From NCBI GenBank assembly GCA_013239625.1, contig MU053416.1, positions 47,562 through 111,561 of the forward strand: a DNA stretch of 64,000 bases, in the 5' to 3' direction. This document shows positions 53,330-64,000 of the stretch, in pieces. This DNA is from Lama guanicoe (Eukaryota). Made by a program: the position numbers and the translations under genes. The notes beneath the pieces were generated by a model. It made no database searches and was not told the DNA's origin. It saw only the letters and a program-made list of their open reading frames with translations. Numbering within the stretch: position 1 is the first letter of the stretch; each line of letters opens with the position of its first letter.

Positions 53330-54000
53330 CTCTCAGCACGGGGAGCAGCGCACACGCCTATGAGCTGGACCTAAGGAAGCAGGAAAGGGAGAGGAGGGCA
53401 GCCCCGGGGTCGCGGGGCAGGGAAAGCGGGGGACCGTGGGGGACGCGGGCTGCAGCCCCGCTCGGAGGCCAGCCCCAGTTCCAGCCCCAGCCGCCCGCCC
53501 CGTCAGGGTCCGCAGGCCCCCCCCCCGCCCGGGACGCAGCCCGCCCAGGGGCGGGGACGGGCCGGCGGCCGAGGAGAGGAAGCCCGGGAGGAGAGGACTC
53601 GCGGGCGGGAGAGGAGAAGGGGACGCCAGCCGCGGACTGAGGGGACCCGGCTGGGGCGAGAGGCGGCAGGTGCACATCTGGCCCTGAACAGGTGTGGCCG
53701 GGACGCCGGGGCAGGTGGCCCGGGCAGAGGGGCCTGGCCCGAGCCCCTCAGCTGAACTCACGCTGACTTGCGCTCTCGCGGGCTGTGACACGCGGACCGC
53801 ACTCCCGCAGCAGCCTGACCGCTTTCCCAGGAGATCCCCACCTTGAACTTCCACAGCCGGAGGCCCCGGCCCCGGGCAGGAGCCAAAGGCCTACCGGGCA
53901 ACAGAGCTGAGCTGCCTTTGGGACCGATCCCCGACTCCGAGCTGGAGCTTCCAACCCGCGATCCATCTGGCACCGACTGCGCATACACAGGAGGGACAGC
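53330..54000. promoter_or_regulatory. CpG island / GC-rich promoter with candidate minus-strand first-exon donor (CAGC|GTGAGT at 53762/53761)
   Basis: Very high GC and CpG density against a CpG-poor background, with GC boxes (ggggcgggg near 53547). It lies about 4.6 kb upstream of the exon 2 acceptor. Confidence 0.8.
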
Positions 54001-54029
54001 GATCCTCTCTGGGTTCTTCGGGAGAAGCT

Positions 54030-54165
54030 GGGAAAGCGAGGGAGGAAGAAGATGGGAGGAGGAGGGAAGGAGGGGAAAAGTGGAGGGAGACAGATGGACT
54101 GGAGGAGCAGAGAGAAGGGAGGGATCTGGAGAGGGGAGGGGAGTAGCAGAGATGAAGAGGAAAAG
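54030..54165 (+). repeat. GA-rich polypurine tract adjoining the CpG island
   Basis: Almost entirely G/A on the + strand over about 135 bp. Confidence 0.8.
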
Positions 54166-54665
54166 CTTTACCTCTGGGGGCACCCCGAAGGAGGCGGCAG
54201 TCCTGCCTCTGTACCCTTGTCTAACCCTTCAAGGCCCACAGCTCAAATTTTACCTCCCTGGTCCAGCTCTCCAGCCAAAGCCTCTGCAGAACCCTTACGG
54301 GGATCACACCCATTGCCCCTACGCGGAGCTGGGTTTCCTGGTGCTCCAGGAACCAAGCACCCGCAGGTGTTGTCTCTCAGAACTACCTTGGGAAGAGTAC
54401 ATATTCCCCTTTTACCGGCTGGGAAACAGGCAGGCATGATCTCTGCCTTAGCTCCACTGTCCCAGGTGTTGGGCTGGCCGGGAGCAGGAGGTATAAGATC
54501 AGAGCCCCAGACGGAGCAGACTGCCTGAGTGTTGGTGCATAGTCCCCATCCCTCCAGAGTAAACCACACGCCACCCTAGGGGAACCATCAAGGGCTCACA
54601 GTAGGTCCCTGGGTGGGGGAGATCTGTCCTCAGTTCCAGTGCCCAGGTTTCTAGGTAGATAGGAG

Positions 54666-55149
54666 TGTTACCGAGTTCAAATTCATTCTCCTCAGTGCAG
54701 GACAGGCCAATAAGTTGGGAAACCAGGTGTTGGGGCATGGAATAGCAAGTTTCTGTAGAACTAGATGGCAAACTAATGTCCTGGAAAACCATCTCCCCAA
54801 GTCAGAATTCAGGCTCCTTTCCTACATGTTTGGTTGTTGCAAACTTCTTGGTGTAGGAATTCTTTGTTGTTAGAATCCTTTGTTCTTGCAGCTATCTGCC
54901 TGGATCAAATCTCTGTTAACCTCCAACAAAACAAACGTTATTTTCTATTCTGCAACTTGTTATCTTTTTTTGAATAAAAAAGTGTTAAATATCATTAAAG
55001 GACAGAGCCTTCAGAATAGGCTCTCCTGTATATTTCAGGCTCTAGGCAACATTGTTTTAAAAGCAAGATGAAGCCTAGGAGACAGAGCACAGGGTTAAAG
55101 TCAAAGGAACAGATCAAATATGGAGTCAGATTTGTTCTTTTCTATTACC
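54666..55149 (-). mobile_element. MER41-like ERV1 solo LTR
   Basis: Reverse complement matches 16746-17285 (tgttaccgagtt... to ...tttgttcttttctattac). Flanks ggag/gggg. Confidence 0.85.
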
Positions 55150-55807
55150 GGGGCAGAAGCCACTTGAGGATTTAAACCCCTTTAAGTTAAAAGTAAGTAA
55201 AACTTTAAAGGAATTTACATACATAGGTGGGAATGTGCATAGCATATCTGGAAAAGCACACAAAGGATAGTAAACAGTGGCATCTCCAGGGAGGGCTGAA
55301 AGAACAGAGGATGAGAGGAAACTTCTTTTGCTTGTGTATTTTTGTGCTCTGTTTGAACTTTTTTTGACCATATGCATGTATTTATTTTTCAGTTAAAAAA
55401 AAGTATAATGGAGCAAAGGAGTAACTAGCTCAGCAAATACAGCAGCCATAGACTCACTGAGTCATCATTTTCGATTTAAGCCAGGAAGCATTGATTGTCT
55501 CTCTCCTATGTGCCCAGTGCTGTTTTAAGACTTCTTTTATTTTAATTTTTTTTATAAAATAATAACGAGCTATCCCTCACCCCTGCCCAGGGCTGGTGGA
55601 AAACCAACTGAGTTTTTATTGAGTTGTTTTCCAAGGAGTAGAGATGAGTTATAAACAGAACACATCTTCAGGGCAAAACAGGCGGAGTGGTTTTCCAGCA
55701 GGCCAGACACCTATGAAGGATTTTCAATAGAGGCGCCCAGAGGCTGAGAGAGAAATCCTCCAGGATCCTACAAAAAGCTGCCCAAAGTGCCTTCTCCATG
55801 GCTCTAC

Positions 55808-56325
55808 TGAAATAGGAAAGAACAAACCTGACTCCAAATTAGATCTGTTCCTTTGACTTTAACCCTGTGCCCTGTGTCCTAGGTTTAGTCTTGTTCGTTC
55901 GGCACCTTTTTTAAAACAATGTTGCCTAGAGCCTGAAATATACAGGAGACCTTATTCTCAACGCTCTGACTTTGAAGGATATTAACACTTTTCCTTTCCT
56001 ATAAAGATAACAAGTTGCAGAATAGAAAATAACATTTGTTTGTTGGAAGTTTACAAGGATCTGACCCAGGTGAAAAGCTGCAAGAACAAAGGATTCTAAC
56101 AGCAAAGAATTCATACACCAAGTTTGCAACTACCAAGCATTCCTGCTTCCCCTTTTTAATATAAAAAGAGCCTGAATTCTGACATGGGGAGATGGCTCTC
56201 CAGGACATTAGTCTATCATCTCAGCTGGCTTTCCAAATTAAAGTCGCTATGTCTTGCCCCAAAATCTGGTCTCCCTATTTATTGGCCTGTAATGCATGAG
56301 CAGAACAAGTCTGGACTCGGAAACA
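55808..56325 (+). mobile_element. MER41-like ERV1 solo LTR
   Basis: tgaaataggaaagaacaaacctgactcc...tataaaaagagcctgaattc...ttattggcctgt...ggactcggaaaca. Confidence 0.85.
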
Positions 56326-57140
56326 CAAACATACATTGAAGGTACCCATTTGGTATATTAAATGACCTGCTTCCACTCGTCTTCCTGACGTTTGCTTCTC
56401 TTGACCACTCCTGCTATGTTTATGAAAATCCTGTCATGTGGACACATTTGCATCTCTAGCGACTACCCTTCCAGGTAAGAACTGATGCCAAGAAGGCAAT
56501 GGAAGTTGCTAGAAGGTATTACCTGGACAGACAAGAGCAGAAGTGGGTACTGGCTGATATTCATGGGCAGGCTGGGACACCTGACAAGATGTCATAAGTA
56601 CGGATAGACAGCTGGGCACCAAAGGAGAAGCTTCAAAGCCTCCATGAGGGACTTGTTGGATAGGAAGGAAAAGTCCCAGACTATAGCTCTGATCCCACCA
56701 TAAGCTTTCTGGGCGAGGCTGGACAAGTCACTTAAATTCTCTAGGCCCGTGCTGTCCACCATGGGAGCCACCAGCCACATGGAGGATTATGAAGTTATTC
56801 TGTAGCCAGACAGAATTATAAATACACATTTTATTGCAAAGATTCAACAAGTATAATGTTTAAAAACATTACTGGTTATCTTGCCCTAACGAGTTATTTT
56901 TGTATGTCAAGCTTTCTGTGGTTTGCAATGCCTGCACCTAATGATTCCCTTACAATGAGGTATTTTGAAATTATAAGTTACTGGACACAGTACCCTCATA
57001 TCACACTTGAGAAAAATTGATCCACATAAACAAGGTGATCTGACTTAGGAGTTATGAGCAGGAGCTCTGGGGTCAGAATGCCTGAGTATAAATTCTCACT
57101 CTGCCTCCAGGGGGTTCTGTGTGAATCTTGGACAAATTAC

Positions 57141-57186
57141 TGTTGTCGTTGTTGTTGTTTTTGCTGCTGCTGCTGTTGTTGTTGTT
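57141..57186. repeat. (GTT)n/(GCT)n compound microsatellite inside a MIR
   Basis: tgttgtcgttgttgttgtttttgctgctgctgctgttgttgttgtt. Confidence 0.85.
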
Positions 57187-57346
57187 ATTTGTGCCTCTTT
57201 TTCCTTCCCTTTTAAATAGCGAGAAATATGTAGACTCTATCTCCTACCGCGTTGCCAGGATTAAATGAGTAAACGTCTGTGCTGCCCACTTCCCTGGGTT
57301 TCAGCATTCTCCAGGCAATCAGTGTCAAACTCAGAGGATTCTCCAC

Positions 57347-57700
57347 TGTCTTCATCAGTCTGGGATGCTGTAACAAATTACCATGGGTCGGGTGGCTTAA
57401 ACAACCAGCATATTCTTTAAGTTTTGGAGGCTGAGGTCAATGTATCTGGGAGAGGATAGCCTTCATGGCTCAAAGATGGCTGTCTTCCCAGTATCTTAAT
57501 GGGCCTGAGAGCAGAGCGAATCAAACTATCTGGGGCCCTTTATAAGGGCACTAATCTCATCCATGAGGGCTCTACTCTCATGACCTCATTTTATCCTACT
57601 AATCACCTCCCAAAGGCCCCACCTCTCAATACCATCACCCTGGGAGATGGGGTTTCAAAATATGGATTTTGAGGGTATGCAAACATTCAGTCCACACATC
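57347..57700 (-). mobile_element. MaLR LTR (MLT1A-like)
   Basis: gctgtaacaaattaccat...ggtggcttaaacaac...tataagggcactaatc...cacctcccaaaggcccca...caaacattcagtcca. Confidence 0.85.
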
Positions 57701-58017
57701 GGCTAACTCTCCCCAACATGCAGTCATCAAACCTGTAGCTAATTTCACAGTAATGTTTCCATCTCTCTGCCCATTTCCATTCCTACATCCACTAACACTG
57801 AAGCCCTGTTAGATTTTATTCCTTATTTTTCTGGTAGAGATTTAATTGATTCCTCTACTCCAATGTTCTCCTCACTCCAAACAGTCTGCTTAACAGCCCT
57901 GCCAGGTAGGTCTTCCTTAAAACACCTTCCCCCTGCACCTGGTTGTTTTTAAGGTGTAAATGTCAGAATCCTCTCCACACCCCATCCTAGACCTTTAATC
58001 CCTTACATTACCTCTCA

Positions 58018-58400
58018 CTATGTTATTTTTCTATTACCACTGTAACTAATTTCCATAAGCTTAATAGCTTAAACTAGCACAGATTTATCACCTTATGGCT
58101 ATGGAGGTCAGAGATCCAACACAGTTCTCATTGGGCTAAATTCAAGGTACCAGCAGGGTTCCTTCCTTATAGAGGATCTAGAAGAGAATGTTTCTTGTTT
58201 TTGTTTTTTTCCAGTTTCCGGAGTTCACCCACCTTCCTTAGCTTGTGCCCCACGACTTCCTCCATTTTCATGGCCAGCAGCCTTTCTGAACACTGCCCCA
58301 TGGCTACACCTCCCTCTGATTTTAAACTCAGCTGGGAAATGTCCTCCATTTTAAGGACCCCTGTGATTGCATTGGGCCCACCTGGACAATCCAGGCTACT
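58018..58400 (-). mobile_element. MaLR LTR (MLT1C/D-like), partial
   Basis: ctgtaactaatttccataagcttaatagcttaaac...ttaaggacccctgtgattgcattgggcccacctggacaatccagg. Confidence 0.75.
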
Positions 58401-60444
58401 CACCCTATTGTCTCATCTCAGGATCGCCTTGTCCCATCCCACTCAGGCATTATGTATGTGGCTGTGACACTCACCTTGTGTTACATTTCCTCTCATGAGC
58501 AATTTAAAGTTTAAGGCACGTATGAATGACTTTTTGTTTTTCTTCCTTAGTCTTTCTACATTCAGTATGTGTGGTGAGATTATATGAATCCTGTTTATTT
58601 GTGGCCCTCCATTAATCTTTAATAATGTATCATGGGTTTAAAAGGCTAATAGACAATTTAGAAGACAGAAATCCTCTATGATTTTTGTCCTAAAATATCT
58701 GTCATCCCTTTTCCATGTACAGCAACATGTCACAGGTGGCTAACCTGTGGCGGGGGAGGAATATGATTCTGCCACCACACTCCCCTCATTCACACCAATG
58801 TGCTGATCACCTAACCAAGGATCTATGCTCTCCAACTCACTCACTTCCTCCTCCTTTCCATTGACTATCCTGTTCCCACCGCTTCCTTCATTCACCACAT
58901 CAGGATTTCATGAGCACATTCTTCTCTAAATGAAATGGGTATCTTGCATCTAATGTCTGATAACTATTCTTATTGTATATGTACACACTGACCTACACAT
59001 AACCCCATCCATCTCTTTATTTTCCTAGAATCTTCCAGAGGAATCAGTTCCATGATGATGATGATGATGATACTGACCGTGATGACAGGGGCCTCTCAAG
59101 GATTCTGATAAAGAGGGAATCAATAAAGGGAAGGAATCATTGCAAAATTGCCCTAGAAACAGGCTTAAAAATAAATAACAGCTATAGTGTTTAATGAAAT
59201 TGACTACTATTTAACTAGTTTTAAAACTTGATAACACTGAATTTAAAATTTTAACAGGAATTTTCATTCACCACTAACCAAGATTCAACTCTAGGACCAA
59301 AATCTAAGGATTTCTATCTTCTAACAAATTGTCCACTAGCCTTTTAAACACGTGATCCTTTAAAAAAGATTAGTGATGGGCTGCAAATAAGCAAAATACA
59401 TATAATCTCACCAGACACAGTGAATGTGGAAAGACTAAGGAAGAAAAACAAAAACCCATTCATAACTTGTTGAACGTTACGTTGCTCACAAGAGAAAATG
59501 TTAGCCAAAGTGAGTGTCACATCAACATGACGCCTGAGTGGGATGGGGAAGCTGATATTCCTCATCAGACATTTATACTGATTTGTTAGTTGTCAACACA
59601 ATTTCCTCATTGGATTTGCTTCTAATAAGTATGGAAGAGTTTAGGCTCTACCAAAAGCAGACTAAACATTTTCCCCTGCTGTCAGGTCTCTGGACTGAAT
59701 GTCCCCAAAAGAAGGACATGATTATGTTTCATAGGTAAGTCTTCCTGAAAAGCAACAGACTTTTCGAGGGCAGAACTGCAGGTCCCCCCATGGAGGGCTG
59801 GAGGAGGGCTAGAGGGGACTGGAAATATAGCAGGAGTGAGTTCAGACACTGCTTCTCAGGTCGCCAAGGCAGCATTGCTATCTCTAAGGATATGACATTC
59901 TCCCAAAAGTTCCACGAGTGGAGCCTGTGAACACTAAGCAGGTTGTTAAGACACAGCAGCACATAATTTGCATCACAACTCAATTACAGTATGTTTTGAT
60001 ATTTGGAAAATAATTAGCCCATTTTTCTTTGAAAATGCAGCAGTACCAATAGAAATAAAAAAGACTGAGCTGTCTTGGAGACAACAATTAATAAACAATT
60101 CTAAATCTGCAGGATTCCTTGACAATATGCAAGCAATGAGTTAGATGTCTGCTGCAGATACCTCTTATTGCAGGGCTCACTCCTGCAAAGCATAGAAGTA
60201 GTTTTCTCAGCAGACAGAGGGAAAGAATTAAAGATTCGTAACCTTGAGAGATTTACTATATGGCAGGAAAGATCAGACAAGTGCATACAGCCAAATATGA
60301 ATAAATGTAATCAAATAATATGAAATGTGAATGGAGCACAGACGAAAGAAATTCCTTTCACCTGGGATCTAGAGAGACTTCTTCCAAAAATGTGGCTTTG
60401 GAGATGGCCAAAGACATGGGTGGAATTTTGGTAGAACAGGATGT

Positions 60445-62010
60445 AAGGAATTTAAAAACGGATTCTAAAATTCATATAAAAATTCAAAGGATCCCAAATA
60501 TCCAAAACAACTTTGGACAAGAAGAACAAAGTTGGAAGACTTTCACTATCTGATTTTCAGATTTTCTTTTAATAAAGCTACAGTAATCAGAAAGTATAGT
60601 ATTGGTGTAAGACAGGAAAATAGAATAATTGAAGAGAATATAATGTTCAGAACTAAACCAACACACATATAGACAACTGATTCTCAAAAGGGAGGCAGTG
60701 GAGAAAGCATCTTTTCAACAAGTAGTGCTGGAAAAACTAGATAGTTATATGCAAAAAAATAAATGAACTTTGATCCACACCTCACAAAATATACAAAAAT
60801 TAACTCAAAATGGAACATAGATCTTAATAGGGAATCTAAAACTATAAAACAGCTAGGAGAAAAAGCATAGACTTAATCTTTATGACCTTGGGTTTTGCAA
60901 ATATTTCTTTGCTATGACACCAAAAGTATAATCTGTTTTAAAAAGAAACTGATATAATGAACTTTACCAAAATGAAGACTCTTCAAAGCTCTTCTAAACA
61001 CTGCTAAGCAAATGAAAAGGCAAGCCATAGACAGAAGCTATTTGCAGATCATATATCTGATAAAGGTCTCTCTTTGTATCTGATCCAGAATAAAGAGGTT
61101 TCAAAACTCAGTAATAATGCAAACTCCTGAATGAATGAGGCCAGAAAACACACTTCACTAAAAATATCCAGATGGATAATAAGCATATGAAAAGATGCTG
61201 ATTAAAGAAGCCATTAGTCATTAGAGAAATGCTTTTACAAACCACAGTGAGATACTAGTACACATACATACTAGAATGAATACGATTAGAAAGACCGACC
61301 TTACAAAGTGCTGGCAAGGAAGTAGAGCAACCAGAACTGATACACACTACGAGGAATTTACAGTAGCACATCCAGTTTGGAAAACTGATTAACAGTTTCT
61401 TTAAAAAAAGGTAAACACCTATCTACCATATAACCCAGATATTCCTCATCTGGTGCTTCAGAAAATAAAAGCATGTGTCCATACAAAGACTTGTAACCAA
61501 ATATTCACTGCAATTTTATTTATAATAGCTCAAGTTGTAAATAACCCATGCATCCATCAAGAAGTAAGTGGAGAAACAAAGGATGGTCTATCCAAACACT
61601 GCTCACAATAAACTATTCAGACAAAACTCAGCACTAAACAATACTCTGCTATAAGAAAAATAAGCTATTAATACAGCAACACAGATGACTCTCAAAATAA
61701 TTACACTGAATGAAAGAAGTCAGACAACATAGAGTAGATACTGCATGAATCCATTCATACAAGGATCTTCAAAATGCAAATCAGTATGTTGTGATAGAAA
61801 GCAGATCAATGGTTTCCAGGGGGAAGAGATGGGAAGGGAGGGAGGGACAACAAAAGGCAGGAGAAAAGTTTTGTGGGTGACGGGTATGTTCACTGTCTTG
61901 AGTGTGGTCATGTTTTCTTGGGGATATACTTATGTCAAAATGTACTAAGTTGTGCACTTTAAAGGTGTGAAAATTATTTTGCCAAGTATACCTCAAAGCT
62001 GTTTTAAGGA
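60445..62010 (+). mobile_element. L1 (L1MC-like) ORF2 3' part and 3'UTR
   Basis: attctaaaattcatata, aaagctacagtaatc, tacaaaaattaactcaaaatgg, aataagcatatgaaaagatgc, tgtccatacaaagacttg. Confidence 0.85.
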
Positions 62011-62079
62011 AAAAGGCACTTCAGTCCTGGCCCACTTCAGTGCCTGATTGGAGTGAGATGATCAGTCCCTCACCCTGTC

Positions 62080-63920
62080 TGCCTAACGGGAAGTAGAAAA
62101 CCTCTCACGGGAAATAACATACGGATTTTTCATTTGCAATGTCTGCCATGTAATAAAGAATTTCTAGAAATGCAACATGTAAAGACTGTATAATGGATAA
62201 TATGAGAATAAGAAACATTAGACAATGGATGCAAACCCCCAGGTGATGTAGGCATCAGAGTTACCAATAAAGGCTATAAAATACTTTTAATATATTCAAG
62301 AAAATTGGGGAATGATGGGAGAATAGATAACAGGATCAAGACTTTCACCAGAGAAATATACTGGAATGTATTTTTAAGAAATCAAACAGATACTCTAGAA
62401 CTGAAGCTTTCAGCTCTGGAAACAGGTAAACAGAGCTAATTAGGGTCCCTTTTAAGTAAAACTTTCAGTAATGCCGTATAAAATACAACAACAAAAGTAA
62501 CACAGAGCTAACTATTGAGAAAGACAGGTGACAATACAAAGAGGACACTTAAGGTCAGAATGGTAATCTTGTGAGCTGATGCCACTGCATCCTGGAGGGA
62601 AGGGATTTTAATGTTCACATAAATAGGGATACAATGTCCATTTAGGAAAAAGTGTCCATACCAGATGTAGAAGACTGTTCCTTTATAGAAAACTCTGCAT
62701 AAGACGTATTGGAGGCTTGCCTCTTCACTGAAAGGGAGACTCAAATTTCTCCACGTGTGAACACAGGAAAGGGGTGAAACAACCGGTTCTCTAGGGAAAA
62801 ACAAAGTCTCCCTTAAAAAAATATTATCTCCATGCCCCTGCTTTATATGAATGTGGAATCCATATTGATACTCCACTTAAGATTAAGGAATTCCCAAACC
62901 AGAAAATATAATAATTCAAGGTTGATGAAATCACCTGGAGCCTTAGGATAAGCAACACAAAATTGTTCTCTAGAGAAACTTTAAAAACCAGGATGTAAGG
63001 GACAATCATAGGGAAAAAAGTTATACTCACTAAAGAGGCTCTCACAACACTATACACACACAGACACACAACTTAAAACAGAAGGAAATATGTGGCCACA
63101 GGGAAGAAAGAGCCAACTGTAAAACACAGGATGATTAATATTCCAGAGCCTAAAATTATGAAACAATCTAAGAGAGAGCATAAAAAAGTATGACTGAATC
63201 ATTAAAAGATAAAATGAATTATATATAACATAATGAAAAATCAGGACATCATGAAAAATAAAACATTTTTTTTAAAGAACTAAACATAACTTATGGAAAC
63301 AATATACAGATATCATTTGGTATATAATATTCAATGTATGGGTTAAGTAACATTTTAATCTTCAATATCTAGGGTGTTCATTAAAATTCAACAGTAATCT
63401 CTAAAGTAATAGTTTAAGAAAAGAATAAAAATAAAGAAGTCAAAATGAAGAATGCAAAATAGGCCAGTCACTAGTCTAAGTTATTCATCTATTTTATCGC
63501 TTAATGCTCACAGCCTGAGGTGGATAGTACCACTTTTTGTATATGAAGAAAGTGAGTCTCAAAGGGATTACATATCCTGGTTACATGGTTAGCAAGGGAG
63601 GGAACCAAGCCCGGATAGGCTGTCTCTAGACGCCATGCTCTTAACCATCACTGCAAGGTATACAACAGGCAGGAGAAAAGCAGAGCAAAGCAAATAGAAA
63701 TCACAAAACAAGATGCCAGAAATACAACATCATCACTAATCACAATGTATTTAGATGAAATAAATAATGAGTTAAAAGATTTACAGATTTCATTTGTTTA
63801 CCTGAGACAAAACAAAATTAAAAGTTAAAACTGGTTGAAAGCTTAGAAGAATAACAGAAAGAGGTCAAAAGTTAAAGCCAGAAAAACACACCTGAGAAAT
63901 GCTAATCAATGGAAAGGGAA
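62080..63920 (+). mobile_element. Probable ancient L1 5'/ORF1-region fragments, interrupted
   Basis: A-rich with faint L1-like motifs; MIR-like piece at about 63490-63650. Confidence 0.4.
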
Positions 63921-64000
63921 TCACTCAAGCCCCCCTCAGGTTCATAGGTACCTGAAACCCACCTTGGCCTGACACTTACCAGCTCTGTGCCTGAGCGAAA

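Noticed and set aside
53333..54569. Long ORFs (173, 198, 158, 141 aa) over the CpG island
   Set aside because: Overlapping ORFs on both strands with low-complexity P/G/R/E composition are expected in GC-rich, stop-poor DNA; no recognisable domain.

Overview
This is mammalian genomic DNA. The tRNA-derived SINE heads and L1 3' ends point to a camelid (alpaca/camel type), and three short N gaps indicate a draft assembly. I find no intact protein-coding gene and no prokaryotic system. The main signal is a degraded, intron-containing (unprocessed) copy of the 5' part of TRAPPC9/NIBP on the minus strand. Remnants matching exons 2, 3, 5 (27-nt microexon), 6 and 7 lie in the correct order over about 34 kb (49171 down to 15460). 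They carry stops, frameshifts and CpG-decay substitutions, but most splice sites are intact. Exon 4 was not detected and the exon 3 acceptor is mutated. A CpG island with a minus-strand GTGAGT donor at about 53.3-54.0 kb is the candidate first exon/promoter. The rest is mostly repeats: L1 fragments, ERV solo LTRs (an inverted pair of young LTRs and three MER41-like LTRs), MaLR LTRs, SINEs, MIR/L2, DNA transposon relics and microsatellites. Two near-identical kb-scale tandem duplications are probably assembly artefacts. TRAPPC9 comparisons are against my recollection of the human sequence, and repeat family names are by eye; both need BLAST/RepeatMasker confirmation.
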